Source of the DNA: an uncultured Eubacteriales bacterium
GTDB lineage: Bacteria; Bacillota; Clostridia; Oscillospirales; CAG-272
NCBI GenBank assembly: GCA_900544985.1
Contig: UQXK01000003.1
Coordinates: 3,670 to 67,669 of the forward strand
Length of the DNA: 64,000 nucleotides
Direction: 5' to 3'
Shown: positions 1 through 7,896 of the stretch, piece after piece
Numbering within the stretch: the first letter of the stretch is position 1
Layout of the letters: each line of letters opens with the position of its first letter
Program-made: the position numbers and the translations under genes
Notes under the pieces: generated by a model
Databases searched by the model: none
Seen by the model: only the letters and a program-made list of their open reading frames with translations
What the model was told of the DNA's origin: nothing

Positions 1-701
1 GCCCATTGAGAGATAACAAGCTCCGACGCACCGCCGCATATCATTATTATCATAAGAAGAATGAAGAACGGGGAGCGCAATAGCTTTTTTGCGGGAACGC
101 GGACGTTATCCTCAGTGGATTTTGCAAATTTTGCTCTCATGAAAGCCACTGAATTGAAAAGCGGTATTGCCGAAAGGCATATGGGAAGAATATACCACAT
201 ATTGCCGAGAAGCTTTACGGCGACAGTGCCGACCGCAACGCAGAAAACGCTTCCCCAGCAATAAAACGAATGAAGAAAATTCATTGACGCGGATTTGCTC
301 TCGTTCGGTATGGCGTCTACGATAGGGCTTATTATAACCTCTATAAGTCCGCCGCCGACAGCGCACAATAATGTGGCAATTACAAGACCTATCGACGGTG
401 GCATTATTTTTGGGAAAATGCCAAGCCCTATAAGTCCCAGCGCGGATATGATATGGCAGGCAACCGATAATTTTCTGTACCCGAATATGTCTATAAGTTT
501 TATCGATATAAGATCGAATACAAACTGAGTGCCGAAGTTTATAAGTATTATATTTGCGAGCATTTGCAGGGAAATGTTATATTCGCTCTGATATAACACG
601 AAAAGGAGCGGAGAGGTATTGTTTACAAGCGCCTGAACCATATATGCGATGTAGCACGCAATGACGGTCCCTCTGTAACCCCTCTTCTCGTTCTGTTGCA
701 T
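1..701 (-). CDS. MFS-type permease, N-terminal part (continues beyond the left edge)
   Basis: Absent from the ORF track because no stop lies in the window. My reverse-strand translation from ATG at 699-701 reads MQQNEKRGYRGTVIACYIAYMVQALVNNTSPLLFVLYQ...LLCAVGGGLIEVIISPIVDAIPNESKSASMNFLHSFYCWG..., an uninterrupted series of hydrophobic helices. Confidence 0.5.
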   Translation of the reverse strand, partial: MQQNEKRGYRGTVIACYIAYMVQALVNNTSPLLFVLYQSEYNISLQMLANIILINFGTQFVFDLISIKLIDIFGYRKLSVACHIISALGLIGLGIFPKIMPPSIGLVIATLLCAVGGGLIEVIISPIVDAIPNESKSASMNFLHSFYCWGSVFCVAVGTVAVKLLGNMWYILPICLSAIPLFNSVAFMRAKFAKSTEDNVRVPAKKLLRSPFFILLMIIMICGGASELVISQW

Positions 702-1066
702 TTTTAAAGACCTTCCTGTTAAGAAATATTGTCTAACCATTATATCCGAGCCGTATATTAAAGTCAACATAAAACACGATAAAATATCGTTTTATCGAAA
801 AGCGGCTTTCGAAGCGCGAAATATCCGTCTGTTTTGATTGCGGAATGGATAAGACACTGTCGCAAAAATCCCGCGTTTCTCTAAGGGCGGTTACATAGAG
901 ATCTTCGATAATGATTATAATCTCTCCTACTGATGTCTTTGTGTCGTGGCTTCTTGCGTCGGTTGAAATCGTCAAAACATGATTAAGCTTGTTTTAAAAT
1001 TTTGCTCCGATTTGAATTTGTCCGATATTTTTTACAAAATCGTTTGTATTTATAAATATTTTTGTA

Positions 1067-1081
1067 TTATAATTATTATAT
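1067..1081. promoter_or_regulatory. PerR-box-like operator
   Basis: ttataattattatat matches 13 of the 14 specified positions of the B. subtilis PerR box TTATAATNATTATAA. It lies in the AT-rich region upstream of the Fur-family gene. Confidence 0.45.
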
Positions 1082-1205
1082 TGGATTTTTGAGATAAATC
1101 TTACTTGTATGTGTAAAATGATATATCTGCAATATGATTATTCTATATTAAAAAAATCATGATAATATTGACTTTTTTTAAAAATTATGGTAATATAAAT
1201 AAAAA

Positions 1206-1220
1206 TGATAATCATTATTA
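1206..1220. promoter_or_regulatory. Fur/PerR-box-like operator
   Basis: tgataatcattatta matches 13 of 14 specified positions of the 7-1-7 Fur box TGATAATNATTATCA. It lies about 20 nt upstream of the regulator start codon. Confidence 0.45.
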
Positions 1221-1241
1221 TTTTTGAAGAGGATTTTACAG

Positions 1242-1628
1242 ATGCAAAAACATTCTTTGAAAAGGGATGCGATATGCGATGTTCTTTTATCGAGGCTTGA
1301 TCATCCGACTGCCGACATGATTTACAGTCGTGTAAAAGACAAATATCCGGATATGAGTCTGGCTACGGTATACAGGAACCTCTCGTTTCTTTGTTCCGAG
1401 GGAAAGATAATAAAGATCGGCGCCCCCGGCAAAGAGCGCTATGATGTTACGCTGACGCCCCATTCGCATTTTTTTTGCGATGTGTGCGGGAAAGTGTATG
1501 ATGTATTTTCTCCTGTTTCGGCAAGCGATTTTGATTATGCCGAACATGAAACGGGAGGAAAAATAAGTTCTGCAAGTATCGCCTTTCGCGGAGTATGCAA
1601 AAGGTGTCTTGATAATAAAAAACAATAA
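1242..1628 (+). CDS. perR: Fur-family transcriptional regulator, PerR-like
   Basis: ORF track 1224..1628; the likely ATG is at 1242 after gaagagga. It has a winged-helix N-terminus (LATVYRNLSFL) and C-terminal CxxC...CxxC (CDVCGKV...CKRC). It sits directly upstream of rubrerythrin. Confidence 0.8.
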   Translation: MQKHSLKRDAICDVLLSRLDHPTADMIYSRVKDKYPDMSLATVYRNLSFLCSEGKIIKIGAPGKERYDVTLTPHSHFFCDVCGKVYDVFSPVSASDFDYAEHETGGKISSASIAFRGVCKRCLDNKKQ

Positions 1629-1661
1629 TAAAATTTAATTTTTTCAGGAGGTCATTAAATT

Positions 1662-2210
1662 ATGGCAAAATTCGTATGTTCCGTATGCGGTTACGTTTAT
1701 GAGGGAGAAGCTGCTCCCGAAAAGTGCCCTCAGTGCGGCGTTCCTGCTTCTAAATTCGTAGAAGTTAAGGAAGAGAAGAGAACATGGGCTTGCGAGCACG
1801 TTGTAGGAATCACGGAAGGCGTTTCCGAGGATATCGTTAACGATCTTCGCGCTAACTTCAACGGAGAGTGCTCCGAAGTAGGTATGTATCTTGCTATGTC
1901 CCGCGTTGCTTTCAGAGAGGGATATCCCGAGATAGGTCTTTACTGGGAAAAAGCAGCTTTCGAAGAAGCAGAGCACGCAGCAAAATTTGCTGAAATACTC
2001 GGCGAAGTTGTAACACCTTCCACAAAGAAGAACCTTGAAATGAGAGTTGAAGCCGAGAACGGCGCAACAGCAGGCAAGTTCGATCTTGCACGCCGTGCAA
2101 AAGCCGCTAACCTCGACGCTATCCATGACACTGTTCACGAAATGGCAAAAGACGAAGCGCGTCACGGCAGAGCATTCGAAGCTCTTCTTGAAAGATACTT
2201 CGGAAAATAA
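1662..2210 (+). CDS. rbr: reverse rubrerythrin (N-terminal rubredoxin-like domain plus C-terminal ferritin-like di-iron domain)
   Basis: N-terminal [21 protein letters not shown], then ExxH di-iron motifs ([18 protein letters not shown]). RBS is caggagg. Confidence 0.9.
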   Translation: MAKFVCSVCGYVYEGEAAPEKCPQCGVPASKFVEVKEEKRTWACEHVVGITEGVSEDIVNDLRANFNGECSEVGMYLAMSRVAFREGYPEIGLYWEKAAFEEAEHAAKFAEILGEVVTPSTKKNLEMRVEAENGATAGKFDLARRAKAANLDAIHDTVHEMAKDEARHGRAFEALLERYFGK

Positions 2211-2300
2211 TAAAGAAATTTATCTGAAAATAAAGAGCGGTTTTCCGCTCTTTATTTTTATCTGTAAAACCCGCATTCTTCTGCAAAACATTTATAAATA

Positions 2301-2335
2301 AAAAAAGACAAGCCGAAAACGGCTTGTCTTTTTTA
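2301..2335. terminator. bidirectional intrinsic terminator between convergent genes
   Basis: aaaaaagacaagccg-aaaa-cggcttgtctttttt: a perfect 10-bp stem flanked by an A-run and a T-run. Confidence 0.8.
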
Positions 2336-2370
2336 TATTTGAGTTTAAAAAGTTTTACTCTTGTAAACGA

Positions 2371-5300
2371 TTATACCATATCGTCTCTGTTGTTTTTCTG
2401 TTTGAGAACGAGAACAACTGCGATGCCTGCTATCGCTACGATTACTACGCAGATGATTATCGGAACAACGATGGAAGTGGAGCCTGCTTTCTTGTTGCTC
2501 GTCATAACTATGAATGTTCCGTCGGCAAATTTGCTGAAATCTTCTCCGGATATCTTTACAGATGAACCGTCGCGTTCTACGGGAACGTTTATTACCGTGT
2601 TGTCGGAGATGTATTTTACGAGAATTTCTTTCTTTGCGTAATCTTTGCCGAGGTCGATAACAAGATTTGTGTCTTTGTTCGGAGCAAGGCTCTCTTCGCC
2701 GAGTGTTATTTCGGTTTTGTATGCGCCGAATACTGTGCAATCGTATTTTTTGTCCGGATTATCGAATGCCTTGTTGAGGTAATCGATGTATTCAGTGTTT
2801 TCTTGTTCGAAAGCGGTATCTCTCTTTACGTTGAAGCCTACATCTTTGTTAGCGAGAACGCTGTCCGTTATATTGAGAGTGAATTTGTTGTCCACTGTTA
2901 TATCGAGGATAGTCGTTTTGCTCTTTGTTGTTTTGCTGAATACCGATTTACATACAAGACAGGTCTTTGTCGTTACTTTGCCTTTGGTGGTGGGTTCGCC
3001 CCATGTGTGACCGGAAGTGGGGATTATTTCCTCTTCTTCATGAGCGCAATGTGAGCAAATGTGCTTTCTTATACCGGATGCGGTACATGTTGCTTCTTTA
3101 ACCGTTATATATTCTCCATAGCTGTGTGCATTGGGATCTATCGCTATGTTCTCGGTTTTTGTTGTCTGGCAGACGGAGCAGGTGTATGTCTTTATTCCCT
3201 GGGATGTACATGTGGGTTGAAGAGTTACTTTTCCTTCGTCGAAGCTGTGTTCCGCAAAGGGAAGCTCTAATGTAAGAGTCTGATTACAGTAAATGCATGT
3301 TGATTGTGCTGTTCCGTGGGTCGTACATGTAGAGGGAGTTATGACAGTGAGATTTCCGGGATTTGCGGAGTGACCTGTTGCAGGGAGCGTCTGTGTTTCT
3401 GTCTTTCCGCATTTGGAACAAGATCTTGTCTGAACTCCGCTTTCGGTACAGGTTGCGGCTTTTGTGATTACCCATGAGCCCCATGTGTGTGAACCGGAGG
3501 AAGCTGCTTCTGTTTCTATCCAGGAAACACCGCATATCGAGCATTCGTATACGCTGTATCCGTTTTCACCGCATGTTGCGGCTTTGGAATATATTTTCTT
3601 CGCTGTGTTTGTGCCGTATTTTGTACTGCAAGTGCAATTATTCTTTGTTATGGAGAAGTTTACATCTGCATTGCATGTGGAGCATTTTGCATACCATGCA
3701 TTTGCGGAAGCATTCCAGTATATTGTATTTACGTTTATTTTATGAGAAGCGGGAATCGTAACGGGAGTTCTTATTACGGCGTGGCAGTCTTTGCATTCGA
3801 AATACTGTACTCCGGGGGTTGTACATGTTGCCGCAATGTTGTTAACGCCTGCGGTTACTTTTTCTCCGGGGGTGTGATCCTTTGTGGGGATCATACCCAT
3901 GTTTGCGGGAGCGCCGTCAGCCGTTGTGAGACGGCAACCGCATGTGGTGCAGAAGTAAGCGTAGATTCCTTCCGAAGAACAGGTTGCTTCTTTTATCGTT
4001 CTGCGTACAAGCGTTGTGGTCGTGCCGCTTTTGTGTGTGCAGAGATATGCTGTGTCATTTGAGTAGAAGGATTGAGATGTTTCTGTGTTTCCGGGATTGA
4101 GCTCGCCCGCAACTGTGAACGAAACCGATTTTCCGATAAGAACTGACGGTACTGTGTAAGAAAGGGTTATTGTTCCCGTATTGCTTGTTATATTGCTTAT
4201 CGAAATCGTTGTATTTCCGCTTAATTGGGTTACTGTCGCAGTGCCTCCGAGGAGAGTAAATGTATACGATGTCTGGCTGTTATATGTTACCCAGTTTACC
4301 ATTGCAAGTTGGAGGTTTGTGTTGGAGGGGGAGATATTGATAGTTGCGTTATTGAGTTTTGTGTTGGAGTTTATGGAGATTGTGACATCGAGTCTTCCGC
4401 TTGTGTAAGAATAAGTTACTTTAACGGCGGATTTTGTGTTATATGTTGTACGTGCCGATGTTATTGCGTTTATAAGACCGGAATCAAAATATGTCGTATA
4501 TTTTGAAAAAGCCATCATGCGGTCATATATGTCGAGTATCTTGGCATTTTCAGAGGCAGTGGAACCGAGCGCGAAATAATCGCTTGCTATCTGGTATGCC
4601 GTTTCTATTTCTATAACATAGCTGTCGGATATTTTTTCGAAAAATGCTTTTGCTTCTTCCGAAAGCTTATTATATTCATTGTGTAAGTTTGTTATTTTTG
4701 TCGGGATAGTTCCGTTTGCCGTTATAGGCGTTACACTTTGTGATGCTTCTATAAGTCTTGCCGCGCTCGATGCATTTCCTATAAACTTTTTTTCGTCAGA
4801 AGTAAAATAATTCGGTTCTGCTTGGCTTTTAGTTAAGGCTACGTCTACCGCACTTTTAAGAGCTGCATATGTTGTGGCGTTATTTATCGCGTCTATTTCG
4901 GGTTTTCCCGTTGTGGGTTTGTATGTCGGTGCCGCAAGGGATTCAAAATTTTTATAACCTTTTACAAAGGCTTTTTCGCGGGAATCGAATTTATCGAATG
5001 CGGTTTTTGCATTGTTGTAAGCGTCGTAATACTCTTTTGTGGCAACGTTTGCATTGTTTGCTCCGAGAGCCGCTACGGCTGCATCATAAGCAGGGGCGTA
5101 TTCATCTGTATAAACAGCCGCTCTTGCTCTGTATTTTGTGTGAACGCTGGTGAAATATGTGTAATCCGCTTCGTTCTTTACGCTTTCTGCAAGTGTTGAA
5201 TTTGCTTTAAGCATATTATCTATTGCGGTGGCTTTATTGTTTACCTCGGCGTTTCCGAAATACACTTCGGAAAGGTCATCTTTTGCCAAATTTCTCAGCT

Positions 5301-5439
5301 CGGCTACTGCCGCGTGAAAAGCTTCGTGGCTTGTGTCCGTGCAGGGGTCTGCGGCAAGCACCGCCGGTGTCAAGCACGCAAACAACAGCAATATCGAGAG
5401 AAGGGACGAAATAATTCTTTTTTTCATTTTTTCCTCCAA
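2371..5439 (-). CDS. large secreted, membrane-anchored surface protein with cysteine-rich tandem repeats
   Basis: 1022 aa. It has a signal peptide (MKKRIISSLLSILLLFACLTPAVLAA), a long Ala/Asn/Thr-rich N-terminal part, about 8 CxxC-containing repeats, and a C-terminal TM helix plus short charged tail (IVVPIIICVVIVAIAGIAVVLVLKQKNNRDDMV). Confidence 0.8.
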   Translation of the reverse strand: MEEKMKKRIISSLLSILLLFACLTPAVLAADPCTDTSHEAFHAAVAELRNLAKDDLSEVYFGNAEVNNKATAIDNMLKANSTLAESVKNEADYTYFTSVHTKYRARAAVYTDEYAPAYDAAVAALGANNANVATKEYYDAYNNAKTAFDKFDSREKAFVKGYKNFESLAAPTYKPTTGKPEIDAINNATTYAALKSAVDVALTKSQAEPNYFTSDEKKFIGNASSAARLIEASQSVTPITANGTIPTKITNLHNEYNKLSEEAKAFFEKISDSYVIEIETAYQIASDYFALGSTASENAKILDIYDRMMAFSKYTTYFDSGLINAITSARTTYNTKSAVKVTYSYTSGRLDVTISINSNTKLNNATINISPSNTNLQLAMVNWVTYNSQTSYTFTLLGGTATVTQLSGNTTISISNITSNTGTITLSYTVPSVLIGKSVSFTVAGELNPGNTETSQSFYSNDTAYLCTHKSGTTTTLVRRTIKEATCSSEGIYAYFCTTCGCRLTTADGAPANMGMIPTKDHTPGEKVTAGVNNIAATCTTPGVQYFECKDCHAVIRTPVTIPASHKINVNTIYWNASANAWYAKCSTCNADVNFSITKNNCTCSTKYGTNTAKKIYSKAATCGENGYSVYECSICGVSWIETEAASSGSHTWGSWVITKAATCTESGVQTRSCSKCGKTETQTLPATGHSANPGNLTVITPSTCTTHGTAQSTCIYCNQTLTLELPFAEHSFDEGKVTLQPTCTSQGIKTYTCSVCQTTKTENIAIDPNAHSYGEYITVKEATCTASGIRKHICSHCAHEEEEIIPTSGHTWGEPTTKGKVTTKTCLVCKSVFSKTTKSKTTILDITVDNKFTLNITDSVLANKDVGFNVKRDTAFEQENTEYIDYLNKAFDNPDKKYDCTVFGAYKTEITLGEESLAPNKDTNLVIDLGKDYAKKEILVKYISDNTVINVPVERDGSSVKISGEDFSKFADGTFIVMTSNKKAGSTSIVVPIIICVVIVAIAGIAVVLVLKQKNNRDDMV
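2945..4041 (-). repeat. protein-level tandem repeats (~35-45 aa, four Cys each) inside the surface protein
   Basis: Recurring pattern (K/E)ATC(T/S)xxG....xC..C........(I/L)PxxGH, for example HTWGSWVITKAATCTESGVQTRSCSKCGKTETQTLPATGHS and HSYGEYITVKEATCTASGIRKHICSHCAHEEEEIIPTSGHT. Confidence 0.7.
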
Positions 5440-5876
5440 AATTCAGATCAGAGTTTGTTTTGTTTTCCCGAAGTATTATGTACTTGTTTTTGGGAATATA
5501 TGCCTTTGATGCCAAATTTTTCTTTTTTGATTTTTGTCGTTCCAATATAGGTTTCCATACTATCTATTATAGTAAATATTGAGTTTTTGTCAAGAAGTTT
5601 GAAATCGGTAATTTTATCCCGCAAGACAAGTAAATATAATGTTTTTCCTTTATATAAAGGGAGTTTTGGCTGTTATTTCCGTTTTGGAACGACGTTATAT
5701 CCATAAAAAATATTTTTTTATGTTTTGTAAAAAAATTGATTTTTTCCGTGAACATGATATAAAAGCCGTATTTACCAAACTTTTATGCATATATAATATG
5801 TCGAAAGATAAAGATGTTTTTCTCATTGTAAAATATAGGCTTTTGTGTTTTTACATTTGTTTTTCATGTCTCTACT

Positions 5877-6084
5877 TTCCAAAGGACTCCGCTTCCACGA
5901 CCTGCGGCACTCATATGCAACTCTAATGCTTCAAAAGGGAATAAATCCGAAAATCGTGTCGCAGATACTCGGACATTCTTCCGTGTCGGTAACGCTCGAC
6001 ATATACAGTCATCCTCCTGTCGACGTGCAAAGCGTATGTCTTGATGTGTTCGAATCCGTAGAAAAGAAAAAAGCACCCATGTAG
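5877..6084 (+). pseudogene. truncated tyrosine-integrase C-terminus (remnant)
   Basis: Encodes only ...KGLRFHDLRHSYATLMLQKGINPKIVSQILGHSSVSVTLDIYSHPPVDVQSVCLDVFESVEKKKAPM. This equals the last ~68 aa of the intact integrase at 11733..12611, and no N-terminal or core-binding part lies upstream. Confidence 0.85.
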
Positions 6085-6099
6085 TGGGTGCTTTTTTTG

Positions 6100-6159
6100 T
6101 GGCGGAGAGATAGGGATTCGAACCCTAGTTGGAGGATTACTCCAAACACGATTTCCAGT
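6100..6159 (-). pseudogene. displaced 3' half of tRNA-Ser(GGA) (attL core)
   Basis: tggcggagagatagggattcgaaccctagttggaggattactccaaacacgatttccagt is identical to 12627..12686, running from the CCA end to the anticodon loop. No 5' half follows. Confidence 0.85.
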
Positions 6160-6300
6160 TTTCGCCGCAGGCGATAAAATCGCGGGTCTGGGCGCGAAGC
6201 CCAGTTTCACCGTGCCGCTTGCTGCGCGCGTGCGCATTATGCTACATATAAAGTTTTTTACCGAAATCGCCTCTTATAGCATAGCACCCGAAAGGGTGCT

Positions 6301-6615
6301 TTATGTATTCTTTATATTTATCTTGTTGTTATTTCCTTTTATATTTGTAACTTTGTTGTTATTCCCGTTAATCTGGGTCATATTCTTTATGCTGTAAGGT
6401 TTTCCATCTAATGTTCTTGGTACTTTTATAATTTCAGCTATATAGTCTATTGATACATTGTAATATCTTGCTAATTTTATTATGAAGTTGAATTTTGGTT
6501 CTCTTTCTCCATTTTCGTATCTTATGTATGTGTTTTTTGAAACATTTGCTTTTTTTGCGCATTGTTCTATTGTTAAGTCTGCGTCTTCTCTTAAATCTTT
6601 TAATCTTGTATACAT
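6301..6615 (-). CDS. XRE-family HTH repressor (prophage)
   Basis: Starts MYTRLKDLREDADLTIEQCAKKANVSKNTYIRYENGEREPKFNFIIKLARYYNVSIDYI; ATG at 6613-6615 is preceded by aaaaaaggag. The longer ORF-track version (to 6831) runs through the divergent promoter and is not credible. Confidence 0.8.
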   Translation of the reverse strand: MYTRLKDLREDADLTIEQCAKKANVSKNTYIRYENGEREPKFNFIIKLARYYNVSIDYIAEIIKVPRTLDGKPYSIKNMTQINGNNNKVTNIKGNNNKINIKNT

Positions 6616-6653
6616 ATAAACTCCTTTTTTTATTTTTATTATATTGAAATACT

Positions 6654-6711
6654 CCAAATGGGGTTGACAAAATACCCCGTTTGGGGTATTATTTATTTGT
6701 ACCCCAAACGG
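6654..6711. promoter_or_regulatory. divergent promoter/operator region of the prophage switch
   Basis: TTGACA (6664-6669), 17 nt, TATTAT (6687-6692) facing the structural genes. It is overlapped or flanked by three copies of CCCCAAA(C/T)GG / CCGTTTGGGG (6654-6663, 6675-6686, 6702-6711). Confidence 0.55.
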
Positions 6712-6743
6712 ATTTTTAAATTTAACAAAAAGGAGATAAAAAA

Positions 6744-6959
6744 ATGGCAAGCGAAGTAAAAGTATTGGCTCGTCTTGAAACGGAGCTTTGTAAAATGAGC
6801 GGAATTTCAAAAGCAGGTAATCAATACACAATGATAGTTTTCCGCTATCATGATCCTAATCTCGGAAAAGACGTTTTTTTGAAACCGTCAATGCAAAGTG
6901 ATCAAAACATGATCGAGCTTATGTATCTCAAAGGCTGGACGCCACCTAAACAAAGTTAA
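6744..6959 (+). CDS. small prophage protein (position compatible with an ssDNA-binding gV analogue; function unproven)
   Basis: 71 aa with a strong RBS (aaaggagataaaaaaATG). It is the first gene after the switch promoter and has no TM segment. Confidence 0.5.
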   Translation: MASEVKVLARLETELCKMSGISKAGNQYTMIVFRYHDPNLGKDVFLKPSMQSDQNMIELMYLKGWTPPKQS

Positions 6960-6999
6960 CTTGCAAGTTAAATAAAAATAAAAAAAGAAAGGAGAACAA

Positions 7000-7377
7000 A
7001 TGGAAGAAAAGAAAAACGTACAGTCTGTCGAAGAGGTAAAGGAGGAACCCAAAGCCAAAAAGAAACTTGGTAAAAAGAAACTTTTTTCACTTGCTCTTTG
7101 CATGATGATGTTTGTTACCATTTTTTCAATATCGGCTTTTGCTGTTGACGGTACTACTGCCGTTAATCCGATAGGCGGACTTCTCGGCGGAATCGGTGAC
7201 GGGCTTTCCGAATTTATGCCCGAAGTTGCACAAGCGGGTGTTACTACCGTCGATACTCTTTTCCTTAAAGCCGACGGCTCTTTCACCATTCTCGGTACAT
7301 TTATTATCGTCGGCATAGTTATATCGGTTGGACTCGGTATTTGGGGCTTTATCAAAAAGCGTGCAAATAAAGTCTAA
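7000..7377 (+). CDS. coat-protein-like small membrane protein (signal peptide, C-terminal TM, basic tail)
   Basis: RBS is aaaggaga. Signal peptide ...LFSLALCMMMFVTIFSISAFA-VDG, then a C-terminal hydrophobic helix ILGTFIIVGIVISVGLGIWGF followed by KKRANKV. Confidence 0.6.
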   Translation: MEEKKNVQSVEEVKEEPKAKKKLGKKKLFSLALCMMMFVTIFSISAFAVDGTTAVNPIGGLLGGIGDGLSEFMPEVAQAGVTTVDTLFLKADGSFTILGTFIIVGIVISVGLGIWGFIKKRANKV

Positions 7378-7431
7378 AAAATAAAGGCGGGAGAATAACT
7401 CTTCCGCCTTTAAAAATAAAAAGGAGTGTTT

Positions 7432-7710
7432 ATGAAAAATAAAAAGATTTTAATCATTTTGATGATGTTTGTTCTCGTTTTGGCATTTTGCATTCCCGCC
7501 TTTGCTTTGACATCGGAAGGAGTTCCCGAAGCGACAGAGCCGAGCACAAACTTTTATTACATAATCGAAGGTTGTTGGCGGTACATCTTTCCCGCCGAGG
7601 TTATAGAAGCAAACAGCAATATCATTGCATTTTTCACAATGATACTTACTATGGCTTTTGTTCTTGTGCCGTTCATCATTATTTTCAGCGTTTTCCGCAA
7701 AAAGAGGTAG
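7432..7710 (+). CDS. major-coat-protein-like small protein (pVIII-like architecture)
   Basis: RBS is aaaggag. Signal peptide MKNKKILIILMMFVLVLAFCIPAFA, acidic mature N-terminus (LTSEGVPEATEPS), hydrophobic helix IIAFFTMILTMAFVLVPFIIIFSVF, and basic tail RKKR. Confidence 0.6.
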   Translation: MKNKKILIILMMFVLVLAFCIPAFALTSEGVPEATEPSTNFYYIIEGCWRYIFPAEVIEANSNIIAFFTMILTMAFVLVPFIIIFSVFRKKR

Positions 7711-7716
7711 TAAATC

Positions 7717-7896
7717 ATGGTTAAGTGCTTTATGTATCTTGTAACAAATTTACTTCCACAATTCGCAAATTTTATGCGTTATTTTTTCGATAGTATAGAT
7801 TTGGTAGACTTCTTCACTTATGTGTTGCTTATCTCGTCTATACTTTTTGTCATTTATCTTATAAATCATTCTATAAGGAGGATAAATAAATATTGA
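7717..7896 (+). CDS. 59-aa hydrophobic protein (minor-coat-like; below the ORF-track size cut-off)
   Basis: My translation is MVKCFMYLVTNLLPQFANFMRYFFDSIDLVDFFTYVLLISSILFVIYLINHSIRRINKY. The stop TGA overlaps the TTG start of the next gene (tTTGA). Confidence 0.45.
   Translation: MVKCFMYLVTNLLPQFANFMRYFFDSIDLVDFFTYVLLISSILFVIYLINHSIRRINKY

Larger units (their letters stand above)
5877..6159 (+). repeat. left copy of the 283-bp direct repeat (integrase 3' end plus terminator plus tRNA-Ser 3' half)
   Basis: Near-identical to 12403..12686. A few substitutions and one 1-nt indel lie in the first ~70 nt, and the rest looks identical by eye. Confidence 0.9.

Noticed and set aside
733-975. 80-aa TTG-initiated ORF upstream of the MFS gene
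   Set aside because: It has no recognisable motif, RBS or partner, and it may be leader or promoter sequence for the permease. It is not reported as a feature.
5923-6237. 104-aa minus-strand ORF spanning the integrase remnant, terminator and tRNA fragment
   Set aside because: It runs through a tRNA 3' half and a terminator hairpin that are duplicated at 12.6 kb. The sequence is explained by the att repeat, not by coding.
6616-6831. N-terminal 72-aa extension of the XRE repressor ORF in the track (6301..6831)
   Set aside because: The extension covers the divergent promoter/operator region and the start of the oppositely oriented gene at 6744. A strong RBS precedes the internal ATG at 6615, where the HTH domain begins.
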